A stretch of 64,000 nt of DNA from a virus (lineage: Duplodnaviria; Caudoviricetes). Location of the stretch: IMG/VR virus record IMGVR_UViG_3300048881_000780. One strand, given 5' to 3'. Of this stretch, positions 27,392 to 37,250 are shown piece after piece (position 1 is the stretch's first letter; every line of letters begins with the position of its first letter). The notes under the pieces are model-generated. The model was not told where the DNA came from and made no database searches. It saw nothing but the letters and a program-made list of their open reading frames with translations. The position numbers were made by a program, and so were the translations under genes.

Positions 27392-27588
27392 TCATCCTTA
27401 TAAAAGATGATTGACCAGATATAGAAGGGAATAGTCGCAGCACCAATCGTTAGAATTGCGGCCATAACTATTTTGATAGATTTAGTCTCAATATGATCAA
27501 CTAGGTGAGCTAGAAATAAAATTAAAAGAATAGAGAAGATTCTAAGTGACCAAGTTTTAAGCCAATCAATCTCACCTTTGAAATTCAA
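27388..27588 (-). CDS. Small 2-TM protein
   Basis: Two hydrophobic segments. Confidence 0.6.
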   Translation of the reverse strand: MNFKGEIDWLKTWSLRIFSILLILFLAHLVDHIETKSIKIVMAAILTIGAATIPFYIWSIIFYKDD

Positions 27589-28082
27589 TTAACACCTCGA
27601 GAGTCATAATTTAGAGAGAATAACCAATTATCTTTTTTATAGGAATATAATAACATAATTAAATTTAGAGTCGACCACATTAATATTGAGAAGTAGCTAT
27701 AGTAGAAACAAAAGGCGATATAGTAAATATAACACAGAACAAATCTACTTTTAATAATACTAGCATTTTCTCCACCCCTGGCCCAAAAGGGAATCAGGCC
27801 AATTAGCGCGTAGAATACCGATGTTTTTAAAGTGATGTAGACCAGTGTAAAAGGAATTAACCAATAGTAGTAACCCTTTAAGCTTTTAGAACTGTGAATA
27901 CCTGAGAAGACGCTTAGTGCCGTTATAATGGCGATATCTAGTCTATCCTCGAGAATCCAAAATACTAAATTTGAAATACTTCCAAGAATTTGTAAAAGAA
28001 GAATTGTATTTCTCTTTTTTGTATACATCGAGGAGAACTTAAAAAGTCCTCCAAGAAATGCTAAATCAAAGAAGTTGTTCAT
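27585..28082 (-). CDS. Multi-pass membrane protein (YgjV-like)
   Basis: Multiple TM helices. Confidence 0.6.
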   Translation of the reverse strand: MNNFFDLAFLGGLFKFSSMYTKKRNTILLLQILGSISNLVFWILEDRLDIAIITALSVFSGIHSSKSLKGYYYWLIPFTLVYITLKTSVFYALIGLIPFWARGGENASIIKSRFVLCYIYYIAFCFYYSYFSILMWSTLNLIMLLYSYKKDNWLFSLNYDSRGVN

Positions 28083-28084
28083 AA

Positions 28085-29440
28085 TTAGGCAACCATCTTT
28101 ATGTTATTTTCTTCTCTTAGTTTTAAAATATGCTCACAGATTTTTCTTACAATAACATAAGCATGAGAGTAAAGAATCGACTGTCCTAGTCCCTCATGAG
28201 CAACAGTATCGGAAATTCCTCTAACTAGGTCAGCGGGAATTCCCTTTATTCTGGCGTGTTCTACTGGATTAAATAATCTTATATCTCCGCTGATCCCATC
28301 TTGGTAATGTGGGTTTGAAATTTGTCTCTTAGAATAATTTCTTGGAATAACTCCAACTAATTCACATTCGTCACTAACAAAGTTTCTCTTAAATCCTCTA
28401 CCCTTTTTTAAATTCTCAACTTCTCTTTTTTGAAAGTACTCTCCGCTAAAGAATCTATCTTCATTTTTATCTAAGAGCTCGCCAATATTATTAAATTCTC
28501 TCTTAGGTAGAAAATCTTTAATATTATCAAAGTTAAAACCATTGGCCATCTTTTCGCTTATAGCGACAAACCAGTATCTCTTTCTCTTTTCAAGAGAGTT
28601 TGAGTGTGTTTCATCTAGATTAATTTCAAAAACTCTATAACCAAGTCTTCTGAGTTCTGACTTAAATAGAACGTAGGTGGCAGAAGTTCTCGCTTGAATA
28701 ACATTTTCAGAAATAATTATTGAAGGATTAGTTTTGTAGATAACTTTAATGGCACCAAAGATAGCAGTTGAATCTTTTGAGTGATCCTCTGCCTTTTTGA
28801 TTTTATTACTAGTTTTTCCAGCTGGAGAGTGTCCCGTACAAGGTAGCGAGAGTGATAGTATATCTAGAGAGCTCAAATCTCTAGTATCACAATCTTCTAA
28901 ATTACCTTGAATAACCAGAGAGTCCTCACTTAGAGTTACATTATTCTTTTTCGCGGCCTGAAGATACTTGGCCTCTCTCTCCATAATTAGAGATACTTTA
29001 CTATTTATATTGGAGTCTTCCATCGCTTTATTAATAGCGTGAGCAGATACTCCAATTCCGTAACAAAGAGCTCCCTCGTGAAGAGTTTCATTATTAAGTA
29101 GTCTATAATCACGCTCTCTTTTGGCCATTCCCTCTGCGTGTCTTCTAATTGTTATTTTTCCGTCAAACACTCTAGCAGTTATTAATTCATCAACTTCAAA
29201 GATATCTAGAAGCCATTTTCCACAAAGATCAATAATAGCAACGCTCTCACCATTTCTTCTCTTGCCAGATACTTTTCTCTTACCCTTTCTATCGAGAATT
29301 AGAGAAATCTCATCATTAGTTACTTTCATCGAGTACTTAGAGTCTCTTTTGAACCCACCTGAATCGAGTTTTACCCCCTCAAACCATGCCCTACCGCCCT
29401 TTGCAGTTAATGATACTCTAGTGTTGATAATCTCTCTCAT
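28085..29440 (-). CDS. C5-cytosine DNA methyltransferase with N-terminal extension
   Basis: SLPCTGHS (PC motif), SENV, R.RYW, RLF.P.EHARIKG, LGQS; GGAG RBS before ATG 29440. Confidence 0.85.
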   Translation of the reverse strand: MREIINTRVSLTAKGGRAWFEGVKLDSGGFKRDSKYSMKVTNDEISLILDRKGKRKVSGKRRNGESVAIIDLCGKWLLDIFEVDELITARVFDGKITIRRHAEGMAKRERDYRLLNNETLHEGALCYGIGVSAHAINKAMEDSNINSKVSLIMEREAKYLQAAKKNNVTLSEDSLVIQGNLEDCDTRDLSSLDILSLSLPCTGHSPAGKTSNKIKKAEDHSKDSTAIFGAIKVIYKTNPSIIISENVIQARTSATYVLFKSELRRLGYRVFEINLDETHSNSLEKRKRYWFVAISEKMANGFNFDNIKDFLPKREFNNIGELLDKNEDRFFSGEYFQKREVENLKKGRGFKRNFVSDECELVGVIPRNYSKRQISNPHYQDGISGDIRLFNPVEHARIKGIPADLVRGISDTVAHEGLGQSILYSHAYVIVRKICEHILKLREENNIKMVA

Positions 29441-29501
29441 GTGGATCTCCTTAGAAATGTATATCTTTCTATACAAAATATGTATAAATACACACACAAT
29501 C

Positions 29502-29518
29502 TTAACACATTGCGTTAC
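29502..29518. promoter_or_regulatory. 17-bp palindromic operator
   Basis: TTAACACATTGCGTTAC upstream of the C5 MTase. Confidence 0.7.
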
Positions 29519-29586
29519 CATTGTAAATACAAATAAAAGAAATGTTTTCTAATCAAGTACTCGAAGTAACTTGATTAAAAATAGTA

Positions 29587-29721
29587 ATATTACGATTGTT
29601 TATATTACGATTGTTTATATTACGATTGTTTATATTACGATTGTTTATATTACGATTGTTTATATTACGATTGTTTATATTACGATTGTTTATATTACGA
29701 TTGTTTATATTACGATTGTTT
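29587..29721. repeat. Perfect tandem repeat, 9 x 15 bp (ATATTACGATTGTTT)
   Basis: Direct reading. Confidence 0.95.
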
Positions 29722-30021
29722 AATTAGTTTGAATTTCTTAAAACTTAAAACATCGGAAATTGCTTCATCAAGATCATACTCTTCATTTAAAATCTCCAAT
29801 AGCCTTGATTCTGTGTAATTATTACCAAAAGATCCAGAGCACCACTCTCTAACTTCTCTTTCTGTAATAAGATTAAGTTGTTTATCTTCATCATCGGAAT
29901 ACTTATTAAAGCAAGAAGAGCAGTAATCTTTCTTGTCTTCCCTGTTTTCATAGTAATCAACGCTATCAACAATGTGAGAACCACAAATGTCACATAAGAG
30001 CTTGTCTTCTTCGTTATACAT
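29710..30021 (-). CDS. Zinc-binding hypothetical protein
   Basis: CDICG...YCSSC; the stop lies inside the tandem repeat. Confidence 0.7.
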   Translation of the reverse strand: MYNEEDKLLCDICGSHIVDSVDYYENREDKKDYCSSCFNKYSDDEDKQLNLITEREVREWCSGSFGNNYTESRLLEILNEEYDLDEAISDVLSFKKFKLIKQS

Positions 30022-30048
30022 ACTACTCTTCCATTAATCCAAAGTAAT

Positions 30049-30392
30049 TTAATTCCAAATTTCTGGGATAGTTTGAATATGCTCAATTCCATCACTTTCA
30101 ACTAACTCAATGCCATCCTTTGGTCCATGGGGACAGTCAATAATCTTTAATTCACTAATTCTTGAATTGGCCTCTTCTCCAAGCTCTGTTACACAATCAA
30201 TAATATCTGGATGAGATCTAAATGCTAGTGTTCTTGTGAAACTATTTGTATAGTCTCCACTACCAACCTCATAGAGATAGTAAGGATTTCCTTTACGTGC
30301 ACCTTTAGTCCAACCACGCTCTTTACGAGCCAGTCAACCGCTTTTTCTGATAAACTAAATCCACCATGTTTAATATTAATTACATATTTCAT
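30049..30392 (-). pseudogene. Frameshifted phage-type protein, tandem paralog B
   Basis: MKYVINIKHGGFSLSEKAVDWL then a 1-bp deficit near 30328; continues ...FRSHPDIIDCVTELGEEA...DGIEHI...W. Confidence 0.75.
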
Positions 30393-30393
30393 T

Positions 30394-30745
30394 TTATTCC
30401 CCCACCTCTCTTATAGATTCTAGGCCGTGTTCATTAATTAACTCAATTTCAATCTCATCATCAAAGAAGTATTCGCTAATTTGCAAATTCGAGCCTCTGC
30501 CACTGGCCTGATCACCTAGATATGTTACACAGTCGATTAGATCACTATTTTTTCTAAAATCTAAATTGTCAGTATTTGTATTCACTCGGTAATGATCAAC
30601 GCTATCTTCAACTAAAAAGAAATCAATTTCCTCATCACCTTCTTTACCGACTCTCCAGTCTCCAGTCTCTATTCTCTTTTAGCCACTCAAGGGCCTTATT
30701 ACTAAGTTTAAATGCCCCATTGGACCTATTTATTACATATTTCAA
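30394..30745 (-). pseudogene. Frameshifted phage-type protein, tandem paralog A
   Basis: TTG-KYVINRSNGAFKLSNKALEWL; the 7-bp duplication TCCAGTC (30654-30667) breaks the frame. Confidence 0.75.
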
Positions 30746-30790
30746 AGATAACTCCTTTTTTATCTTATCGTAAAATCCATAAACTAAACA

Positions 30791-30819
30791 TTGACACCTT
30801 ATGTTAACAATGATAAAAT
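30791..30819 (+). promoter_or_regulatory. Promoter with embedded operator
   Basis: TTGACA-17-TAAAAT; TTGACACCTTATGTTAA. Confidence 0.85.
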
Positions 30820-30838
30820 ATTATAACCGGAGAATAGT

Positions 30839-31123
30839 ATGAGCGAAAGAAGAACTTTAAATAGTATTAAGAGAGTTAATTACTACCTACTAACTAAAGC
30901 GATCGAGAAAGTTAATTGCTCATATCATTTAACAATACTTAAAGGAATAGATTTAAATAATCTATCGCAATCAGATATTGATACAATAAATTTATTTATC
31001 TTTGAAGAGACTCATCCAGAGGTATTCATAGATGTTAAAAAAACTCCCAAATTAAAAGAGTGTAATATGGAAAATATCGCCAAATTAATTAGTGAAAAGT
31101 CTAGGAGTTTAAATGTATTCTAA
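30839..31123 (+). CDS. Hypothetical protein
   Basis: GGAG RBS. Confidence 0.65.
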   Translation: MSERRTLNSIKRVNYYLLTKAIEKVNCSYHLTILKGIDLNNLSQSDIDTINLFIFEETHPEVFIDVKKTPKLKECNMENIAKLISEKSRSLNVF

Positions 31124-31541
31124 AAATGTAGAAACTTTCTTAACTATGTATAGAGATTCCATTAAATATAATGATTTTAAAATTGATGGTCCTCTATTTA
31201 TATTCTTTGAAAATTTTAGAGATAGAAAAGATGAGTATGATAGACCTTCTCATACTAAAGAAGAATTAGAACTTGCCAATCAGGTATCCAGAGAAAGAGA
31301 TTTTATTCTAACTTCAAGTGAAGTTAAGGAAATAAATCAGGCCATTAAAGAGATGGGCTATTATAGTGAAGTGGTTATTGATCCTCCCTCGTGTGGAAGT
31401 AGACCGGCCTCAAGTCATTTTAAAGTATTAAATAGTCCCATTTGGATGGAAAGAAGTAGACTAAAGAGTATTTTGACAAAGACTATTTTTATGGTCATTG
31501 TTATTGGTTTAATCGTCTTTAAAACTAATTCTAACTTATAA
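31113..31541 (+). CDS. Hypothetical protein with C-terminal TM helix
   Basis: AGGAG RBS. Confidence 0.7.
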   Translation: MYSKNVETFLTMYRDSIKYNDFKIDGPLFIFFENFRDRKDEYDRPSHTKEELELANQVSRERDFILTSSEVKEINQAIKEMGYYSEVVIDPPSCGSRPASSHFKVLNSPIWMERSRLKSILTKTIFMVIVIGLIVFKTNSNL

Positions 31542-31591
31542 ATTTTAAATAACAATGTGAAACTAAGTTTCATTTATAGAGAGATAATTTT

Positions 31592-32122
31592 ATGAGTCAC
31601 TATACAAATTGGAGAGGATATTTAGAGTTTGAAGATGAGAAGTCTTTAAAGCAAGCGGTCTCAAAAATTGAGAAATGGAATGAAAGCAAGGATAAATTAA
31701 AATATAGAGTAGAAAATGGATTAAGTGTCGTTATTACTCCTGTTTTATCATTATTTAGTGATGACTCTAATATTGTCCCATGTGAAGATCATGAATCATT
31801 AATTAGGAATCTAATTACTCTAACTAATAATCACCTACTTATTGGAACCAGTGAAGATGCAGAGTTTGAAGGATATCTCTACTACAATAGAAAGAGTTTT
31901 GTTATTGATTTGGCAGACTGGGGAGAGTCTAAGGATTTTGAAAATTTAAATCTAAGTAAGTATGCTCTGGATGATCCCAATTATGCATCGACAGAAATTG
32001 CCATAAAGAAGGCCTGGTATAGTGAGAAGGTAACTAAGATTTTATCTTATGCGGGGATTAATGTACTTAAAGATTTTAAATCTAATGGGAAGAATTCTTG
32101 GATCAACTCTCTTGAGAAATAA
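31592..32122 (+). CDS. Hypothetical protein, family B
   Basis: Paralog of 9707; C-terminal NSWINSLEK. Confidence 0.75.
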   Translation: MSHYTNWRGYLEFEDEKSLKQAVSKIEKWNESKDKLKYRVENGLSVVITPVLSLFSDDSNIVPCEDHESLIRNLITLTNNHLLIGTSEDAEFEGYLYYNRKSFVIDLADWGESKDFENLNLSKYALDDPNYASTEIAIKKAWYSEKVTKILSYAGINVLKDFKSNGKNSWINSLEK

Positions 32123-32126
32123 TATC

Positions 32127-32333
32127 TTACTTTTCTAGTATTTCGTTAATATCTATCTTTATGGGATTTTCTACTTCCTGAATTCTTCTTGCCAATATTG
32201 AGTTGTAAAATAGGTTTGCCGGATTATCAATATACTTAACTTGCCCTTCAAAGAGCCACTCACATTTTCTAACCTTGGATAGTAATTTCTTTACCCTCTC
32301 GACCTTATTTTCTTTTGATTCTATATTTTTCAT
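32127..32333 (-). CDS. Hypothetical protein
   Basis: GAGG RBS. Confidence 0.55.
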   Translation of the reverse strand: MKNIESKENKVERVKKLLSKVRKCEWLFEGQVKYIDNPANLFYNSILARRIQEVENPIKIDINEILEK

Positions 32334-32524
32334 TAGATATAACCTCTATATATTAAGTACGACCTCTTTGCTCCTGAAAACGATTCTTGTAAGTCTGGAG
32401 AGTTACAAAAAAGTGGACAGAAATTTGGATGTGTCACTTTTTTAAACCAAACTTCATGTCTTAAGTAGTCATCAATCAGAAAGTAATATAGATACATGAG
32501 GTATTTCATATACATATTATAACT

Positions 32525-33067
32525 TTATTCACTATCTTTAACTTTCTTTAAAAGTTTTCTGGCCTTCTCAATAGTTGAAAAGTTGTACTCACAGATATAA
32601 TTTCCATCGCCGCAACCACCATGCATTCTAATCATCTCACCATTTGGAAAAGTATCGTTTTTTTGATCGGTAAACATTTCAATGCATCTGATTAGCTCCA
32701 AGATGGTTTGATCCTTTTTGGAATTAATATCTTCATTATTACCTAGATTATCAAGGGCGTACTCTAGGGCCTCAGTAAATCCGATTCCACCGTTATAGTA
32801 CTTAACCTGGAATCGATACTTATTGTCGCCAATTTCAAAGATATTAAATACATCTAGATTTTCATCAGCTTCTTTCTTTAATATTTTCCAAAGCTCATTA
32901 TTTAAAACTATGAATTCTTTATCTAGATCACATTGAACGAATTCAATATAATCATCGTGATAGTCCTCTTTTTTATATCCTAAAGATTTAATATAGTTAG
33001 CGATATCATCTTCTCCAATTATATTTAATTTTTTGATAATACCTTTATAGTGAACATCAGAACTCAC
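32525..33067 (-). CDS. Phage-type hypothetical protein
   Basis: F.V.YYNGG..F.EALE motif. Confidence 0.7.
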   Translation of the reverse strand: MSSDVHYKGIIKKLNIIGEDDIANYIKSLGYKKEDYHDDYIEFVQCDLDKEFIVLNNELWKILKKEADENLDVFNIFEIGDNKYRFQVKYYNGGIGFTEALEYALDNLGNNEDINSKKDQTILELIRCIEMFTDQKNDTFPNGEMIRMHGGCGDGNYICEYNFSTIEKARKLLKKVKDSE

Positions 33068-33068
33068 A

Positions 33069-33965
33069 TTACTCTCCTTTTGAATGTTTTTTGATTACTT
33101 CATTAATAATTGTATTTTCTAGTAAGTCTCTCTTACTCTTAGATTCACAGGTACAAGAGTCGAGATCCTCTCCTACTTTCATTTTACAATCTGAGTCATG
33201 CCAATTCTTTTTAATGGACAGTACTCTATGGGCCTCAATTAGTAATTTTTCTAAATCGTAGATGATATCGTTTTTCTCTTGAGACTGATGACAAAATGTC
33301 GTCGCAGACTTTCTCTCTCTTTGATAATCTTCTCTTAGTTTAGTAATTTCTTGCTCTTTCTCATTGAGTTTAAATTTCATCTGTTGATGTTTATACATCC
33401 AGCCTTGCATAAATGGAGATCCATATTTTTCATGATTTCCATACTTAATATGCTTATCAGCAAACTCAAGCGCAGAAGTATCTTCAATTTCTTTGTACTT
33501 AGAGATATTACAAACACACTCTTTTGCTAGAGAACGATTACACCTTTTACAAATTGTTTCTTGAGATACCTTTATAACTTTATGATTATGTTTTCTAGAG
33601 GTATTAACTGTATTTTCTACATCTATATATTCACTACTTTCTATCTCTTCTTGTAAAGAGGAGAGTTTTTGTGATAGTTCTTCAATTTTGGATTTATCTT
33701 CAGAGCTTTCAAGACATGAGCGACATATACTATTGTCTACCCCAACACTACCACCACTAGATGGGTCAAATAGAGAGTCGCATGAATCGCAGGATGCTAG
33801 TTTATCGTAATCTTTTTCTAAATACTTCCATGCATAACGACTACCCTCTTCAAGTATTTTAGTTATAAGCTCTTTTGGTATTTTTGTTTCTCCTACTCTA
33901 AATAAGTCAATATCAATTGGCATATCTTGAGATTTAAACCACTCTTTAAAATTAGGTCTCTTCAT
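33069..33965 (-). CDS. Coiled-coil / Cys-containing hypothetical protein
   Basis: Likely start MKRPNF at 33965 (track starts at 34013). Confidence 0.7.
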   Translation of the reverse strand: MKRPNFKEWFKSQDMPIDIDLFRVGETKIPKELITKILEEGSRYAWKYLEKDYDKLASCDSCDSLFDPSSGGSVGVDNSICRSCLESSEDKSKIEELSQKLSSLQEEIESSEYIDVENTVNTSRKHNHKVIKVSQETICKRCNRSLAKECVCNISKYKEIEDTSALEFADKHIKYGNHEKYGSPFMQGWMYKHQQMKFKLNEKEQEITKLREDYQRERKSATTFCHQSQEKNDIIYDLEKLLIEAHRVLSIKKNWHDSDCKMKVGEDLDSCTCESKSKRDLLENTIINEVIKKHSKGE

Positions 33966-34194
33966 TGTTATCTCTTTGTGAGGCAAATCTTTGATCACCT
34001 TTTTTTGGTTCAATACTGAATTTAAGAGTTGTTATATCATAACCTCTAGCTTCTAATACTCTGGCCATATCTTCAGTAATGAATCCAGATAAAAATCCGG
34101 CATCGCTCTTAGTTTGACTCCCTAGCGGGAAGTGGTATGAGACGGTGTCATCCTTTTTACTCCAGGTCGCTCTTAATTTATCCTTTGCTTTCAT
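33952..34194 (-). CDS. Hypothetical protein
   Basis: AGGAG RBS; ARGYDITTLKFSI motif. Confidence 0.65.
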   Translation of the reverse strand: MKAKDKLRATWSKKDDTVSYHFPLGSQTKSDAGFLSGFITEDMARVLEARGYDITTLKFSIEPKKGDQRFASQRDNNEET

Positions 34195-34202
34195 TAATAC
34201 TC

Positions 34203-36353
34203 CTACTCAAAGAAATCTAAAAAATATGAATTACTTGTGTTAATTGTTAAATTACCCTTTTTGGATTTAAGGGTTTCTCCATTTAAAAGCTTCTTTAGAG
34301 ATGTTTTAGAAATAGGCCCAAACTTATTATGCTTCTTAAAAAGAGAAAACTTACAGCTTCCCTCCCAACTCTTCTTTTTTGGATCAAATTTACCAGTCTC
34401 TACACATCTATAAGTTTTAGGGCTTTCTATTATGCCACTTTGACAGATGGGACATTTAATATCCTTTAATTCAGGTTTAGATCCCTTACTCTTTATTTCG
34501 ATATGAGAGAGTTTAGTGCTGGAAATTTCTTTTAACTCTTTAATTGATAATTTTAAACTTTCAAAGTTTTTAGAAATAATATCTCTATGATCAATCTCAC
34601 CATTTAAGATTTCGGATAACTCTCTTTCCATTTGAGCTCTAGTAAGAGGGCTCTTTAATTGATTTGGGAGATATTTATTGATATTTCTAGCTTTAGTGGT
34701 TGAAACAAGAAACTTCTTATCATATTTTAGATAACCACCTTTAACGAGAGCTTCAAGAATGATGGCCCTTGTGGCAACTGTACCAAGTGACATCTTGGTT
34801 TGTTTGAGCTTTGAGAACTCCTCATTACTCATGCTTTCAGGGCGCTTCATTGAGCGATAAATATTTTCCATAGACTCTAGTAGAGTTGCATCTGTATACC
34901 TAGGTCTTGGTTTTGTCTCACCCGTCGCTATTTCAAATTTATCACTGATTAATAGATCACCTTTTTCAATTAAAGGTAGCTTTACTTCACTATCACTCTT
35001 TCTATTGACTTTATTATCAAAAGACTTCCAGCCATGATTAACGACTTCCACAATAGATGAGCTAAAGTTAACTCCTTTTAAATTCGTCTTTCCCACTATG
35101 GTCATCTTTTTTGATTCCTGATCTGGCATAAATTGCATCAGATATCTATTTAGAACCAATTTATAAATATTTTTCTCCTCTTCTGATCTAAAAGAGGCGG
35201 GAATTTCAGATGTAATTGATATGGCGGTATGACTGCTCTTTTCTAATTTCTTGTCATTGAATATGTCTCTTTTTAATAGTGGTCTGGGAAGTTGGTCCAC
35301 TATCTTAGAGAAGACTGATATTTTGCTAGCTAGGTTACTTAAGTACTCGTCGGCATTATCATACTCTGATTCTGAGAAGTAATTTGAATCCGTTCTTGGA
35401 TAAGAGAGGAATTTATTGTCATATAGAGATTGTGCGTACTCAAGAGCTTTCTTGGCCTTAATAGAGTGCTTCTTATTTGATTCTGATTGTAGAGAAGTTA
35501 ATGAATGTGGTTTCTTTGGTGGAGTTACTTTATCTTCAATTTTAACCTTTGACACGGTAAATTCTAATAGCTGATCTCGAATATCTTCAACTTCTTTCTT
35601 TGTTTCAAATTTATTTTCACCATCTTTATCAAATATAACAGAAATTAATTGGTCATCCTTTTTAAGAACTCCTTTTAATTGAAAGAACTCTCTTTTGTTA
35701 AAGTTCTCAAATTCGATATCTCTTTCAATAACTAATTGTACGGTAGGAGTTTTTACTCCTCCAATATGAGCAACATGGTTACTCTCATCTTGTAGGATTG
35801 GCCGTAAACTAACTGTGGCCTGAATGGTCATTTGAATAGATAACCAATCTAGCGTGGATCTAGTTAGACCCGCTAGATGCATTTCTTTATAGGGAATTTT
35901 ATTTTCAATATGAACCTCTTTTTCAAGACTTTTTAAGTCCATTTTGGTCATATTAATCATTCCTCTAACCAATTTCTCTTTTTTTAGCAACTTGAGCACA
36001 CTCATAACAAGGAGAACCCCCTCATTATCAGCATCACTAGCAATAACGATTTCATCACATCTTGAAACAGCTTCTTTTACATTTTGATAAATCTCTTTGG
36101 ACTTCTTATCTCTCTTACAAGATCTCTTTAATTCACTTTTGGGTAAAAAGGGGAATTTATCACTTTGAGCAATTTGATACCAAGGCGTTTTAAATACTTC
36201 CTTAACCTCTTTATAACCCTCTGGTCCCAAGGTTTCTGTGATATGACCTGAGAGCGCAACTATTTCATAATTTTCAAATTTTTGAGAAACGAGGGCCGAT
36301 TTCAAGTTCTTAACCTGTGACCCTTTTTCAGTAATATAGAGCGTTTTTTTCAT
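34203..36353 (-). CDS. topB: Type IA DNA topoisomerase (topoisomerase III-like)
   Basis: TOPRIM ITEK...GHI...DADNEG; catalytic SYPRTDS; LGTVATRA; C-terminal zinc ribbon. Confidence 0.9.
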   Translation of the reverse strand: MKKTLYITEKGSQVKNLKSALVSQKFENYEIVALSGHITETLGPEGYKEVKEVFKTPWYQIAQSDKFPFLPKSELKRSCKRDKKSKEIYQNVKEAVSRCDEIVIASDADNEGVLLVMSVLKLLKKEKLVRGMINMTKMDLKSLEKEVHIENKIPYKEMHLAGLTRSTLDWLSIQMTIQATVSLRPILQDESNHVAHIGGVKTPTVQLVIERDIEFENFNKREFFQLKGVLKKDDQLISVIFDKDGENKFETKKEVEDIRDQLLEFTVSKVKIEDKVTPPKKPHSLTSLQSESNKKHSIKAKKALEYAQSLYDNKFLSYPRTDSNYFSESEYDNADEYLSNLASKISVFSKIVDQLPRPLLKRDIFNDKKLEKSSHTAISITSEIPASFRSEEEKNIYKLVLNRYLMQFMPDQESKKMTIVGKTNLKGVNFSSSIVEVVNHGWKSFDNKVNRKSDSEVKLPLIEKGDLLISDKFEIATGETKPRPRYTDATLLESMENIYRSMKRPESMSNEEFSKLKQTKMSLGTVATRAIILEALVKGGYLKYDKKFLVSTTKARNINKYLPNQLKSPLTRAQMERELSEILNGEIDHRDIISKNFESLKLSIKELKEISSTKLSHIEIKSKGSKPELKDIKCPICQSGIIESPKTYRCVETGKFDPKKKSWEGSCKFSLFKKHNKFGPISKTSLKKLLNGETLKSKKGNLTINTSNSYFLDFFE

Positions 36354-36397
36354 ATCTTTATTATAAGTGTGATTTCAGAACTATATCAATTTATTTT

Positions 36398-36414
36398 TTA
36401 ACATCATGTGTTAA
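36398..36414. promoter_or_regulatory. 17-bp palindromic operator
   Basis: TTAACATCATGTGTTAA. Confidence 0.8.
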
Positions 36415-36702
36415 TAAATCTTTACAGCCTCACTCTAAAGTGATAAAATACAAGAGAAGAAAGGTTAATTTACTCTATGTGGGGTTCGATTCCTCTATTG
36501 GTATTACCAAAACTAGCGTTGGCGGTACGCGATTAGATAAAATTAAAAATGCAACACTATTCTTTGACGGACATAGTATCGATACTATGGCGAGAAATGG
36601 GAATTTCTGTAGGGATACTAAGAAGAAAAAGAGGCCTTAAAACTTATTCAACTGGTGGGGTGAGATATCGCACTCTGCCTTCTAGACACTCAGGGATTAT
36701 CC

Positions 36703-36984
36703 ATGTTAGACGTAAAGAAAAAGAATGAAAGACTAATTTTGACGCAAAAGCGTTTAACTCCAAACAAGAAACTTTCCTTATTAATTGGCAGTGATACAAG
36801 GACTAAGTCAAAGATAATGAAAGATGTCTTCAACTACATTAAAATTAACAAGCTTCATGACTCTCTTGATAGAAATTATATTATTACAGATAAGAAACTT
36901 AAATCTATCGTAAAGAAGAATAGGGTCTCTATTAGAAGTATTCACGTTCAAGTTTTTAAAAACACAACACAAGAAGGTATTTAG
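36703..36984 (+). CDS. SWIB/MDM2 domain protein
   Basis: P..KLS.LIG....K..IMK.VFNYIK.NKL.D...R..I.TDKKLK.I. Confidence 0.75.
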   Translation: MLDVKKKNERLILTQKRLTPNKKLSLLIGSDTRTKSKIMKDVFNYIKINKLHDSLDRNYIITDKKLKSIVKKNRVSIRSIHVQVFKNTTQEGI

Positions 36985-36985
36985 G

Positions 36986-37228
36986 ATGGGTTCTTTTGAT
37001 ACAGTAAATATTAAGTGTCCTTGGTGTGGCGAGACTCATGGTGAACAAATTAAATCTGGCCCTTGTGATTTTATAACTAGAGACTTAGAGAGTGCTCCTT
37101 CAGTATTAAAAGTAGGGGTATCTAATTACCCTATTGAGTGTGATAATTGTGGAGAAAAGTTTCAAGTAAAAGTTCAATCAATCGCGAGAGTATATAAGTG
37201 TAAAGCCGATGATGATTTGATGGATTAA
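36986..37228 (+). CDS. Zinc-ribbon protein
   Basis: MG.FD.V..KCPWCG...Q.K.GPC...CDNCG. Confidence 0.7.
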   Translation: MGSFDTVNIKCPWCGETHGEQIKSGPCDFITRDLESAPSVLKVGVSNYPIECDNCGEKFQVKVQSIARVYKCKADDDLMD

Positions 37229-37250
37229 TTTAGAATGTACGAGAAATCTA

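Noticed and set aside
29587-29721. CRISPR array
   Set aside because: Contiguous identical 15-mers with no spacers and no cas genes
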